Source of the DNA: Mucilaginibacter sp. | GTDB lineage: Bacteria; Bacteroidota; Bacteroidia; Sphingobacteriales; Sphingobacteriaceae | Direction: 5' to 3' | NCBI RefSeq assembly: GCF_028288205.1 | Contig: NZ_JAQBOD010000055.1 | Coordinates: 36,434 to 100,433 of the forward strand | DNA: 64,000 bases | Shown: positions 49,656 through 59,678 of the stretch, piece after piece | How positions within the stretch are numbered: the stretch's first letter is position 1 | How the letters are laid out: every line of letters starts with the position of its first letter | The notes under the pieces: model-generated | Seen by the model: only the letters and a program-made list of their open reading frames with translations | Database searches by the model: none | What the model was told of the DNA's origin: nothing | Program-made: the position numbers and the translations under genes

Positions 49656-49883
49656 CTAAGGAACAGATATTTTGCTCTTACGCCCAATGATGAGGTAAAC
49701 TATTGAGCCAATAAAAGGGGCAAATAATACAATAAGCGCCCATATTAGTTTAGTAACAGAATCTTTGAAATCTGAACGTACAATATCAATTAAGCAAATT
49801 ATACTTAGTAACGGATAGGCCAGGGCAAAAGCTATAAAGATCAATTCGACCCCGTTAAATTCAAAAAACAGTAAAGTATTCAT
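49656..49883 (-). CDS. PLD nuclease N-terminal (PLDc_N) domain small membrane protein
   Basis: LIDI..S.F....KLIW.L.V.F.PFIGSI.Y...GRK. Confidence 0.88.
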   Translation of the reverse strand: MNTLLFFEFNGVELIFIAFALAYPLLSIICLIDIVRSDFKDSVTKLIWALIVLFAPFIGSIVYLIIGRKSKISVP

Positions 49884-49964
49884 AATAAAGGTTTTTACTA
49901 AATTACTATTTTATATTACATTTTAGTATCTGCATTGTTATTGCAGGTAAATCAATAAAGCATC

Positions 49965-50387
49965 ATGAAAATATACCAGCAACAATTACAGCTTAGCCAC
50001 CACAGGCGCGGCTTCCATTTGATTACCGCAGAAGTTATACAAGCACTACCGCAGATCATTGATTTAAAAACAGGTATTTGCCAGGTGTTCATTCAGCATA
50101 CCTCGGCTTCGCTAACCATTAATGAAAATGCCGATCCTACCGTGCGGAAAGATTTTGAAATGTATTTTAATAAAACCGTACCAGAAAATGATCCTGATTA
50201 TATCCATGACGATGAGGGCCCTGATGATATGCCCGCACATTTAAAGGCCGCTTTATTAGGAAGCGCTGTAACCATCCCAATACGTAGCGGAAAATTAGCT
50301 TTAGGCATGTGGCAAGGTATTTATTTATGTGAGCACCGCAACTATGGTGGGCAAAGGAGTTTGATGATTACGGCCTGGGGAGAGTAA
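49965..50387 (+). CDS. yjbQ: YjbQ/UPF0047 family protein
   Basis: HTSASLTINENADP.V..D, DMPAHLK, LG.WQGIYLCE. Confidence 0.93.
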   Translation: MKIYQQQLQLSHHRRGFHLITAEVIQALPQIIDLKTGICQVFIQHTSASLTINENADPTVRKDFEMYFNKTVPENDPDYIHDDEGPDDMPAHLKAALLGSAVTIPIRSGKLALGMWQGIYLCEHRNYGGQRSLMITAWGE

Positions 50388-50406
50388 TTATTACAGCATT
50401 TATTGG

Positions 50407-50489
50407 CTGAACCATGATTTACGAGATTTGAGGATTACCTGTATAACTCCTAACAAGGCAATCTTTTAATCCCCAAAATCATAGTTCAG
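50407..50489. repeat. REP-like palindrome with GATT/AATC units
   Basis: CTGAACCATGATTT..GATT..GATT ... AATC..AATC..AAATCATAGTTCAG. Confidence 0.8.
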
Positions 50490-50497
50490 ACAGCTAC

Positions 50498-51469
50498 CTA
50501 TCCCATATAAAACTTTTCCCTATACCCTGTTGGCGTCATCCCTACTGTTTTCTTAAATATTTTCCGGAAAGCTTTTGGGTCGCTATAACCGGAGTTAATC
50601 ATAACCTCGGTCATTTGCTGGTTAGTTTGTATCAGTAGTTTTTTGGCCGCCTCAATACGCGTTTTTTGCAGATATTCAATAGGCGTAATACCGGTTACCA
50701 GTTTAAATCTACGGGCAATATTTCTCCGGCTCCCGGGTATTTCTTTTATCAGTTCTTCAATAGTGCCGGTATTTTGATAAGCTGCTGCTATATTTTGCTG
50801 TGCCATAGTTACCAACTCATCATTATGGCTTTGTAATGGCGAGAATGTGCTGAAATAAGTTTGCTGGTCCCTATCCATATCAATAGAAAATAATTTGGCT
50901 ATACGTATGGTTATATCTTTACCGCAATATTTTTGCAGCAGGTGCAGCATTAAATGAAAGCTTGAAGTTGAACCTCCGCTGGTATACAATCCACCATCGC
51001 CGGTCACTACTTTATCAGATTGTAATTTTACCGTTGGGAACGCGCTGGCAAATTCTTTACAGGCATCAACGTGCGTGGTAGCTGTTTTGCCGTTAAGCAA
51101 CCCTGTAGCGCCCAGTAAAAAGGCGCCGGTACATACACAAGCCAACTCGGCCCCTGCCTGAAACTGCTGCTGCAACCAGGGTATATAATTATAATTTTCG
51201 CGAATTGCCTGTACAATATCCTCCGACCTAAACGCTGGAATAAATATCAGGTCCTGTTTTGGAGCCGTATTAACCGGTTGTATTTTATATCCGTTAAATT
51301 CAATCGCTTTATCTTTTATTATATCAGCTGCACAAAAAAGATTGATATTAAAAGCGGGTTCTTTATTATCTGCAACATAAAACCGGTTAACGCTTTCAAA
51401 TACATCCAATATAGCGGCTACGCTTAATAACCGGTACCTATTGGTGAGCAAAAGACCTAATTGTATCAT
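50498..51469 (-). CDS. GlxA-family AraC regulator (DJ-1 + HTH)
   Basis: CTGAFLL...GLL.GK.ATTH, TSGG, GYSD...FR..FKK..GMTP..YR. Confidence 0.93.
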   Translation of the reverse strand: MIQLGLLLTNRYRLLSVAAILDVFESVNRFYVADNKEPAFNINLFCAADIIKDKAIEFNGYKIQPVNTAPKQDLIFIPAFRSEDIVQAIRENYNYIPWLQQQFQAGAELACVCTGAFLLGATGLLNGKTATTHVDACKEFASAFPTVKLQSDKVVTGDGGLYTSGGSTSSFHLMLHLLQKYCGKDITIRIAKLFSIDMDRDQQTYFSTFSPLQSHNDELVTMAQQNIAAAYQNTGTIEELIKEIPGSRRNIARRFKLVTGITPIEYLQKTRIEAAKKLLIQTNQQMTEVMINSGYSDPKAFRKIFKKTVGMTPTGYREKFYMG

Positions 51470-51612
51470 ATTCGTAAGTTTTAAATGGCAAGGCTAATAT
51501 ATAGAATTTTTGTCTTAAATGCCCCCGATAATTGACCGCTAACACCATTTTTAATACCATTATAAGCAGGTATCTTAGTAAAAACAATCACGCTCACTTA
51601 AAACAACAAACA

Positions 51613-52038
51613 ATGGCTAAGATCAATCCTTATTTAAACTTTCTGGGTAAGACCGAGGAAGCTTTTAACTTTTACAAATCGGTATTTGGCGGTGAGTTTT
51701 TAACATTGCAGCGCTTTAAAGATACGCCGCATGGCGATAGCATGTCGGCAGAGGATAAAGAGAAAATTATGCATGTAGCGCTGCCAATTGGTGGCAATAT
51801 ATTAATGGGTACCGATGCGTTGGAATCAATGGGACAAAATTTAAAGTTTGGCGATAATTTTTCCATCGCTATCGATCCTGAAAGTATGGATGAGGCTAAC
51901 AGTCTTTTTAATGGGCTTGCAGTTGGCGGCCAGGTAATGATGCCGTTAGAGAAAATGTTCTGGGGTGCATGGTTCGGTATGCTGGTTGATAAATATGGCG
52001 TACAATGGATGGTGAATTATGACGATAGCCAAAAATAA
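51613..52038 (+). CDS. VOC/PhnB-family protein
   Basis: INPYLNF.G..EEAFNFYKSVFGGE, IMH, FWGA.FG..VDKYGVQW; start moved to ATG 51613. Confidence 0.92.
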   Translation: MAKINPYLNFLGKTEEAFNFYKSVFGGEFLTLQRFKDTPHGDSMSAEDKEKIMHVALPIGGNILMGTDALESMGQNLKFGDNFSIAIDPESMDEANSLFNGLAVGGQVMMPLEKMFWGAWFGMLVDKYGVQWMVNYDDSQK

Positions 52039-52050
52039 GCCGCAGTTAGC

Positions 52051-52548
52051 ATGAATGATGTTTTAACAGAATTACAAGACACAAAGGCTGAGCTTGAACT
52101 GGCCATCTCTTCAATTAGCGATGACCAGTTTAATACTATTCCTTTTAAGGATAGTTGGACGCCCGGGCAAGTATCAGATCATATTCTGAAAGCTGTGGGG
52201 GTTGGTGTGCTTTACGGAAATACCAAACCAACAGCGCGAAACCGCGACGAGAAAGTAGCCGAAACCGCTAAGCTCTTTCTGAATATGGATATCAAAATGA
52301 AATCTCCGGATTTTATTTTACCATCAAACGCGCCTCAAAATAAGCAAGAGATATTGAGTAAGATTGATGATACCTTTTCCAGATTAATTGAAGCGGCTAA
52401 AACGTTAGATCTATCCTTAACCTGCCTGGCATTTGAAGTGCCGGGATTTGGTGAATTTACAAGATCAGAGTTTATATGGTTCTATATTTTCCATGCTCAA
52501 AGACATATCTATCAGTTAAAAAATATAGCTAAAGCATTAGGCGATTAA
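52051..52548 (+). CDS. DinB-family protein
   Basis: P...SWTPGQVSDH, H..RH..Q. Confidence 0.85.
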   Translation: MNDVLTELQDTKAELELAISSISDDQFNTIPFKDSWTPGQVSDHILKAVGVGVLYGNTKPTARNRDEKVAETAKLFLNMDIKMKSPDFILPSNAPQNKQEILSKIDDTFSRLIEAAKTLDLSLTCLAFEVPGFGEFTRSEFIWFYIFHAQRHIYQLKNIAKALGD

Positions 52549-52552
52549 TAAT

Positions 52553-52765
52553 ATGGTGGTTGAAGTTTTTAAAACAAATGTGGAGGAGATTAAGCTGTCT
52601 GAGTTATTAATTCAGCAATTGTTAAATCATTTCCCGGATAGCCGGGTAAACTTTGATATGGAAGACTGCGACAAAATATTGCGTATTGAAGCCGAGGCTA
52701 TTGTCCCCGAAAAAATAATTGAAGTATTAAACGCAAATGGTTATTCTTGTGAGGTCTTGATCTGA
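52553..52765 (+). CDS. small HMA-fold-like hypothetical protein
   Basis: VEVFKTNV, NFD.EDCDKILR, GY.CEVL. Confidence 0.75.
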   Translation: MVVEVFKTNVEEIKLSELLIQQLLNHFPDSRVNFDMEDCDKILRIEAEAIVPEKIIEVLNANGYSCEVLI

Positions 52766-52796
52766 TAATTAGGCGATACCTTTTTCACCCCAACTA

Positions 52797-54173
52797 ATGA
52801 CCGTCAAAAATATATTTTCTATCATACGGCAATCGCTTAATGGCGAGGAACAGGATTATACGCAAGGCAGCATTCGCAAAGCGGTGTTCCTGCTGGCTAT
52901 CCCTATGATATTAGAGCTAAGCCTGGAAAGTGTTTTTGCTTTGGTGGATATATTTTTTGTAAGTAAGCTGGGCCAGAATGCCATTGCAAGCGTTGGGCTT
53001 ACAGAATCTGTTATAACCATTGTATATTCTATTGCCATAGGTTTAAGTACAGCGGCCACGGCCATTGTGGCCCGCCGAATTGGCGAAAAAAATACCGAAG
53101 GTGCCGCACATGCGGGCGCGCAATCATTAATTATAGCTTTTATTATCAGCGGCTTTTTAACCGTTGCCGGGATGGTGTATGCCGGCGATATTTTATCGTT
53201 AATGGGTGCAAGTAAAGCCGTTGTTGCAGAGGGCGCTATATTTACCCGCATAATGTTTGGCGGCAGTCTGGTAATAATATTGATCTTTCTGATCAACGGC
53301 ATTTTTAGGGGGGCAGGCAACGCGGCCATGGCCATGAAGAGCTTGTGGATTGCCAGCTTAACCAATATAATACTGTGCCCCATTTTAATTCATTTTTTTG
53401 GGTTAAAAGGCGCGGCAATAGCTACGGTTACAGGCAGAAGCTCGGGTGTGCTTTATCAATGTTATCATTTAATAAAAGGGCATGGTATTGTAAAATTCAC
53501 AGCCAAACATTTTAGTCTTGACGCGCCAATAATTAAAACTATCATCACCATTGCCTGGCCCGCTACCTTGCAGTTTGTAATTGCAAGCGGCAGCTGGATA
53601 GTTGTAGCCCGGCTGGTAGCCGAAACAGGTGGAACGGCAGCATCGGCAGGTTACCAGGTAGCTATACGCAATGTGGTTTTCTTTATCCTGCCCGCGTGGG
53701 GATTAAGCAACGCGGCCGCTACGCTGGTGGGTCAAAATCTTGGGGCCAAAGAAATCCAAAGAGCCGAAAAAAGTGTTATTATGACCGCGAAGTATAACGC
53801 TGTTTTTATGGGGATAGTGATGGTGATATTCCTGTTTTTTTCAAACCCTATTATCCGCATATTCACCCAAGATGAAGCAGTTGTTAGATTTGGCATCCAG
53901 GCTTTGCAGATATTCGGATCTGCCTATATTTTTTACGGCATTGGCATGGTAATGACACAAGCGCTAAATGGCGCGGGCGATACTAAAACCCCCACCTGGA
54001 TAAATTTTGTATGTTTCTGGCTCATCCAGATACCTTTAGCCTATTTTCTATCAAAAACACTGGGTATGAAAGCTACAGGAGCTTTTATTTCAATCCCCAT
54101 TGCCGAAACTATGCTTGCTTTAGCGGCATGGTACTATTTCAAAAAAGGGAAATGGAAAACAGTGAAGGTGTAA
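52797..54173 (+). CDS. MATE-family efflux transporter
   Basis: LAIPM.LE, VD.FFV..LG, FRGAG, GQNLGA, GAGDT; ~12 TM. Confidence 0.95.
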   Translation: MTVKNIFSIIRQSLNGEEQDYTQGSIRKAVFLLAIPMILELSLESVFALVDIFFVSKLGQNAIASVGLTESVITIVYSIAIGLSTAATAIVARRIGEKNTEGAAHAGAQSLIIAFIISGFLTVAGMVYAGDILSLMGASKAVVAEGAIFTRIMFGGSLVIILIFLINGIFRGAGNAAMAMKSLWIASLTNIILCPILIHFFGLKGAAIATVTGRSSGVLYQCYHLIKGHGIVKFTAKHFSLDAPIIKTIITIAWPATLQFVIASGSWIVVARLVAETGGTAASAGYQVAIRNVVFFILPAWGLSNAAATLVGQNLGAKEIQRAEKSVIMTAKYNAVFMGIVMVIFLFFSNPIIRIFTQDEAVVRFGIQALQIFGSAYIFYGIGMVMTQALNGAGDTKTPTWINFVCFWLIQIPLAYFLSKTLGMKATGAFISIPIAETMLALAAWYYFKKGKWKTVKV

Positions 54174-54179
54174 GTCTGT

Positions 54180-55088
54180 TTATTTTTTCCACACATCTGT
54201 AATCACCGTAGCTTTTGTGGTGTCGCTAACCGGTAAATTATACATGGCTTCTATAGTGTGCAGTAAATTATAATGGTTGATCTTTTCGCTGTATCTACCC
54301 TTATTTATGTTCGCACCGGCAAAAATTGTCGGGATATAATTAACGGGTTTAAAATCGTCTTCATCAAAAGTTACTATTAACAGGCTATTATGCTTTTTGG
54401 CCCAATTAACGTAATCACCCAAATTATCCTTTAGCCACTTATCCCCTCTTTGTATGGCCGCTGCATCACCAGATTCGCCTATATTATGCATATCATTATC
54501 CATGTTTGGGATAACAAAGGCAACGGTAGGCAACTTATCAAAATTTTTAGGGAACTCATCCATTGGTAAACTTAACGCGGGCGATATGCCATTTACTTTA
54601 TTACCCAACCAGTTTGCCCATGGCACATGCTTACGTGCGTATAAATATTGGTGCGTCAGATCGCTTATTTTATAATTACAGGGCAAATATCCTGCCGAGG
54701 GCATAGTTTCTGCATATCCGCTAAATGTTAAACCGCTACCTATTAAAGCAGCACCTAAATTTGGTGATGTATACGGGGTTATGGTTACCAGGCACTCATC
54801 GCCTATGGTATTTTGTACGCTGCCAGAAAACAGGGCCAGATAATTTGGCTGACTTGGGTGCGTTACTCCATGCGAATCTGTAAATAATGCGCCGTCATTG
54901 GCAAGTTGATTAATATAAGGCGCATTAGGCGAGCCAATAAGTGCATTATAGCCATGATTTTCTTCAATAACTACAATTACATGATCATAACGATGTGGCT
55001 GGTCCTGTGGCTTTTTACTAAAAGAAAAGCATATTATCCCAACGCCTGATAAGGCTGTTATGCTAAGTAGTTTCGGAAGGAATTTCAT
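54180..55088 (-). CDS. secreted phosphoesterase / acid phosphatase
   Basis: DHVIVVIEENH, THPSQPNY, KH.PW, NDMH, TFDE. Confidence 0.9.
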   Translation of the reverse strand: MKFLPKLLSITALSGVGIICFSFSKKPQDQPHRYDHVIVVIEENHGYNALIGSPNAPYINQLANDGALFTDSHGVTHPSQPNYLALFSGSVQNTIGDECLVTITPYTSPNLGAALIGSGLTFSGYAETMPSAGYLPCNYKISDLTHQYLYARKHVPWANWLGNKVNGISPALSLPMDEFPKNFDKLPTVAFVIPNMDNDMHNIGESGDAAAIQRGDKWLKDNLGDYVNWAKKHNSLLIVTFDEDDFKPVNYIPTIFAGANINKGRYSEKINHYNLLHTIEAMYNLPVSDTTKATVITDVWKK

Positions 55089-55154
55089 AGTTCAATACTG
55101 TTTTGCAAAGAAACTAAAAATCCTTTCAAATATTGTGGGATAATATATCTTATT

Positions 55155-55405
55155 CAGCGCAAACGCATTAAAATAATAACACATACCATTAGGAAGCTCC
55201 CACGGAGCTTTTTCTAACTTTATAGCTTATTTTCTATAAAGAGGGGACTCCTCCGGAGTCAAATGTCCGCTTTGTTTTCAGCAAATATTGGCTCCGGAGG
55301 AGCTCCCTGTTTATAGAAGGAGACAAGACAAATCCTATTTTGGCCCCTATTGGAGCCTCCTTATACATGCGATATGCTTTGAGTTCTTTTAATGCGTTTG
55401 CCCTG
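55155..55405. mobile_element. MITE-like element, 19-bp TIRs, GCTCC/GGAGC REP-like cargo
   Basis: CAGCGCAAACGCATTAAAA / TTTTAATGCGTTTGCCCTG; flanks ATATCTTATT vs ATGCCTTATT. Confidence 0.75.
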
Positions 55406-55682
55406 ATGCCTTATTAACTATTCACATTTTTCAGGGCGAGGTATATTTACCGATCAGGATATTATTGGGTGAGTTGTTTTAATTGCCCGGGGTACTGTAA
55501 GGCTTTCCAATCCAAATCTCCATCAAAAATGACCTACCCGTCACTTTTCTTAACCAATTTTAACATTTACAATCACAATATCCACCGGGTGAATAGCGTA
55601 TTATTTGCATTATGTTTAATCGCTAAAACCCACTGCCCATTTGAAGAAAACGGACTATTCAATTATTTAAAATCATCACAAC

Positions 55683-55922
55683 ATGAAATTTAAAATGAAG
55701 TTAGCCGACGGTACTACTCAAATAATACAAATAACTGCCGACTATTTTAAAACCTGGCGCGTGTGGCGGGTACAGGTGAACGGAAAAGTTGCCATGCTAT
55801 ACAAATTAGGCAATGAGTGGATGCAGCGTCATGAAGATTATTTAGATGCCCGTACTTTATTGGCTATAGGCAATTATATTGATAGTATGCTTTCGTCGCC
55901 GGATAACGCTTCATTTGCCTGA
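55683..55922 (+). CDS. hypothetical protein
   Basis: 79 aa, good start context, ends in G..ID; fills the gap. Confidence 0.65.
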   Translation: MKFKMKLADGTTQIIQITADYFKTWRVWRVQVNGKVAMLYKLGNEWMQRHEDYLDARTLLAIGNYIDSMLSSPDNASFA

Positions 55923-55925
55923 CAA

Positions 55926-56651
55926 TTATATATTGGGGGTAAAAAGGTTAAGGTCATAAATATTCATTCCTTTTTCAATTTGGGTTACTTTATCAACGGC
56001 CATATCAAAGCCGTCGCCACCAAATTGTTCCTTTTCCTTTTTCTCAAAATCTTCGCCCAGCGAATCGTACTCATGTTTAGAGATGAGCTTATGTAAGGCA
56101 GGGAACAATACGGTATCTTCCCGGGCTTCATGGGGGTTATACATTCGTACAAACGCCTGCATATCCTGCGCCATCAACTTTCGTTCATCAGGTGTAGGGT
56201 TGGGCTTTTTTGCGTTTTCAATAATACGCAGGGTTAATAGCCTGCCTTTTTTGTGTTGCACTCTTAATATTTTGGTGAGGTCGGTTAGCTGCCCGGCTTT
56301 TTCAAAACGTGGAAATAAGTGATCTTCTTCCAGCTTCTCATGGTAATCTTCTACAAAACTTTTAATAAGATTGGCCGATTGCCCAACCAGTTCCAGGTTG
56401 AGGTCCTTGCCTTTTATAAGCCGTGACGATGCCTCATCATAAATAAGTAGTATTCTTTTCAGTACACCATGCTCGCGCATCAGGTCCTCGTTAGTGGTCA
56501 CATCATCGTCTCCCCCCTTCTGCAATCCACATGAGCTGATACCGGTTAAAGCTATGCCTCCTGCTGCAAGCAAGCTGGTTTTAGTTAAAAAGTCCCGCCG
56601 GCCTTTGTCTTGCTGATCTAACCGGTTAGATTGATTGTTAAGATTCTCCAT
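55926..56651 (-). CDS. hemerythrin/HHE-domain protein with twin-arginine signal
   Basis: GRRDFL, ISSC, LMREH, YHEKLEE..LFP, QH, H..RED..LFP. Confidence 0.85.
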   Translation of the reverse strand: MENLNNQSNRLDQQDKGRRDFLTKTSLLAAGGIALTGISSCGLQKGGDDDVTTNEDLMREHGVLKRILLIYDEASSRLIKGKDLNLELVGQSANLIKSFVEDYHEKLEEDHLFPRFEKAGQLTDLTKILRVQHKKGRLLTLRIIENAKKPNPTPDERKLMAQDMQAFVRMYNPHEAREDTVLFPALHKLISKHEYDSLGEDFEKKEKEQFGGDGFDMAVDKVTQIEKGMNIYDLNLFTPNI

Positions 56652-56773
56652 GATGCAATATTGAACAACTTATAACTGTACTATCAAAATTAATACCATT
56701 ACTGCCTGCTGCTTTAAAAGCGATGGATTTAAATCCCTGAAAAACTGACTGATACATTTTGCTAAACAGCCTT

Positions 56774-59551
56774 CTACCTGATGATGGTGACATAGCCCGA
56801 TATGATTTTACGGCCATGTTTTGGATCAATAAAGTAATAATAAACCCCCGTGGGCAGGTCCTTGTTATTAAACCTTCCATCCCATGCCATTGGATAACCT
56901 ACTGATGTATAAACTTTTTGCCCGTAACGATTAAATACCTCAACCGTACAATCCAAATAAGTATCAAGGTGTTTAATATCCCAAACATCATTAATACCAT
57001 CGCCATTCGGCGTAAAAGCATTAGGTATAACCGGGCTTTTTAATACCGAAACAGTAACCTTATCGCTTGCAGAACACCCTTCACTATTAGTTACGGTAAT
57101 GGTATAAGTAATATCCTGCCCCGGGCTAACCACCGGGTCAGGAATAGCAGCATTACTTAAGCCGGTAATTGGCAACCACGCGTAGGTAATACCATCGCCG
57201 GTTGCTGTGGCATGTAAGGTGCCGCTGCCTCCTGCTAATATGGCAATTGCTGTACCCGCGTTTACAGTTGGTATCGGCTTAACCATAATGGTATTGCTTA
57301 TGGTATCAGCACAGGTGCTGTTAGCTGTAAAAATGTACTTTATATTAAATGTGCCCACGCCTGCACCTGCAGGATCAAACAACCCGGTACTGCTTACTCC
57401 CGTACCTGAGTACACGCCCGATCCTGCAATGCCGCTGTTCTCTTGCGCGTTTAACTGAATTTTACCTGCATTTAAGCAAACAGCAGTGGGCGTGTTAAAA
57501 GAAACAGCAGGTGTAGCCAGCAGGGTTATGGTTTTATCCATTTCTGACACACAGGTACCACCCGAATAAGCCAGCATACGTACCTGGTAATTCCGGGTAG
57601 CCAGTGGGGTATGAAATTCGGGATAAGTATGCTGATAAAGCTTTCCTGAATATGGGCTGTTATCTGTTTCTTGAATGGTTATATCGCTGCTATCATAGTA
57701 CCATATTACTTTGGTGATATTGCCAAAGTCAACCACAGACTCGTTGGTAAAATACACCGGCCGGCTACTGCATAGCGCCGCGGCATTTAATACATTAAAA
57801 ATAGCGGTTGGCGTAGAGCCGTTTACCATAAAATCTTTAACTGTTGTAACCTGGCACCCATTAACCGAAGTTACAGTGAGTGTAACATGGTATAGTTTTG
57901 CCTGTATATATTTATGTGTTGGGTCCTTAAGGTTTGATGTATTAGGATTTGCAGCCGTAGCGTTTGCATCGCCAAAATCCCATAAATAAGTAAACCCGGC
58001 AGCGGTATTATCGGCTATGGTTGTGCTGTCTGTAAACTTAGCGTATGAATCGGCCAGGCATACCGCGGGCGTACCAAATTTCACCACGGGTAGAGGGCTT
58101 ATTTTAATGGTTTTGATTAAGGTTGATGTACAGCCCTTATCATTAGTAATGAGCAATTTTACTGTATAAGTACCGGTAGCAGCATAGATATGCCGAAAAG
58201 CCTGGTTATCGGTTTTGATTTCGGTCAAGCCATCACCATAGCTCCATGCGCTGGCGGTTATTGTGCCCTCCGCGCTGGTTGATACATCGTTAAATGTAAC
58301 GGCTTTAGTAACACAATCGGGTGTTGAATAATTAAATGATGCAACAGGTGGTTGCCCTATATGTATACTTTTAGGGGTTGATGCCACTGCACAGCCATTA
58401 CTATTTGTAACCGTTAATTGTACGATATAAGTACCCGGCGCTGCATACAGGTGCGACGGATTTTGTATGGCAGATGTTTGACCGTCGCCAAAATTCCATA
58501 GCCATGTTTTTACGTTTGCTGTAGACTTATCCTTAAAAGCCGTTGAATCGCCAAAGCAGGTATTATCGGGCGCTAATAGTGCCGCCGCGGGCGAAGGTAA
58601 TACCGTTAATATGAGCTGGTTTGATGACACTACACAATTGGAAACATTAATATTATCCGCTTGCCCCGAAACTATCCGGTAAGAATAAGTACCGGCAATA
58701 GCTGGTGATAAAAAACTAAAGGACGAATTAGTACCCGCCGGTCCCTGGTCTGTCCAAACACCATTAACCAGCATCTGACGTTTTTGATTATAGTTAGCAG
58801 CCAATGTTGTGGTTGTATTAATATGTACCGTTTGCGGTGTGCCCGAGCATAGCGTTTGTGAGGTAACAGATTGATCAAATACTACCGCCACCTGGGCACC
58901 ATACGGCCTAAAGGTTATATCATCAATAGCAATATCATTGCCTATACCTCCCGGAGCGTTATTAACCATTTTTAAAACTATGGCGTCGGTACCTGGCGGC
59001 GTGGTAAATGTAAAAGGATATTGTATCCATGCGTCGCCAGTCGGAATATCATTGGTATTGCCCGTGCCAAGTACAGCTCCGCCTGCAGTTTCAATAGAAA
59101 ACGTTACATTAGGTAAAATTCCGTTGTTTTTTAACAGGTTTTTCATCCAGGCTGCAAACTGGTATTTGGTGTTACCGCATAAACCTATAACTGTACGGGT
59201 ATAAAAAATGCCGGGTGTATAACTACCGTTCACCAGCATAAAATAACCACCCTGGTTTCCGGTATGATCGGTTGTGATCCACCAGCCCCCATTTGTATTA
59301 CTTGAAGTATTTACAATGGTATAATAATTATCGTTAGGTGTACCGGCGCTGTAGGTATAAGAAGTTGAGCCCGAATCTGCTGGTAAAGGGCCGGCATATT
59401 TATTTATGCCCGAGCCAAAAGTTATATTAACAATAGGATCGCCTAAACTTTGTGTATATCCTTTACTGCTAAAAAACAAGATTATCAGACTGATAAAGAT
59501 AACAGCGTAAATATTTTTACGAATAGCTATTCCTTTAAAGTATTTAAACAT
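56774..59551 (-). CDS. PKD-repeat surface protein with T9SS type-B C-terminal domain
   Basis: W.FGDG PKD repeats; IPNAFTPNGDGIND.W, FNRYG, WDG, GVYYY, G.VTIIR. Confidence 0.93.
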   Translation of the reverse strand: MFKYFKGIAIRKNIYAVIFISLIILFFSSKGYTQSLGDPIVNITFGSGINKYAGPLPADSGSTSYTYSAGTPNDNYYTIVNTSSNTNGGWWITTDHTGNQGGYFMLVNGSYTPGIFYTRTVIGLCGNTKYQFAAWMKNLLKNNGILPNVTFSIETAGGAVLGTGNTNDIPTGDAWIQYPFTFTTPPGTDAIVLKMVNNAPGGIGNDIAIDDITFRPYGAQVAVVFDQSVTSQTLCSGTPQTVHINTTTTLAANYNQKRQMLVNGVWTDQGPAGTNSSFSFLSPAIAGTYSYRIVSGQADNINVSNCVVSSNQLILTVLPSPAAALLAPDNTCFGDSTAFKDKSTANVKTWLWNFGDGQTSAIQNPSHLYAAPGTYIVQLTVTNSNGCAVASTPKSIHIGQPPVASFNYSTPDCVTKAVTFNDVSTSAEGTITASAWSYGDGLTEIKTDNQAFRHIYAATGTYTVKLLITNDKGCTSTLIKTIKISPLPVVKFGTPAVCLADSYAKFTDSTTIADNTAAGFTYLWDFGDANATAANPNTSNLKDPTHKYIQAKLYHVTLTVTSVNGCQVTTVKDFMVNGSTPTAIFNVLNAAALCSSRPVYFTNESVVDFGNITKVIWYYDSSDITIQETDNSPYSGKLYQHTYPEFHTPLATRNYQVRMLAYSGGTCVSEMDKTITLLATPAVSFNTPTAVCLNAGKIQLNAQENSGIAGSGVYSGTGVSSTGLFDPAGAGVGTFNIKYIFTANSTCADTISNTIMVKPIPTVNAGTAIAILAGGSGTLHATATGDGITYAWLPITGLSNAAIPDPVVSPGQDITYTITVTNSEGCSASDKVTVSVLKSPVIPNAFTPNGDGINDVWDIKHLDTYLDCTVEVFNRYGQKVYTSVGYPMAWDGRFNNKDLPTGVYYYFIDPKHGRKIISGYVTIIR

Positions 59552-59678
59552 CGGTATCCCCGGTAAACATAATTTGGTTTGGATGTTAAAAGTATCATAA
59601 ATAGATGAAATACACTATAGAATTAATTGAAAGTTATTGGCTATCAATTCAATTACCAACTTATGAGCGTAAGCAATT

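Noticed and set aside
55432..55438. CAGGGCG as a further MITE end
   Set aside because: Only 6 nt match and no partner repeat.
55469..55693. 74-aa ORF with GTG start
   Set aside because: No motifs, and it spans the likely promoter region of the 55683 gene.
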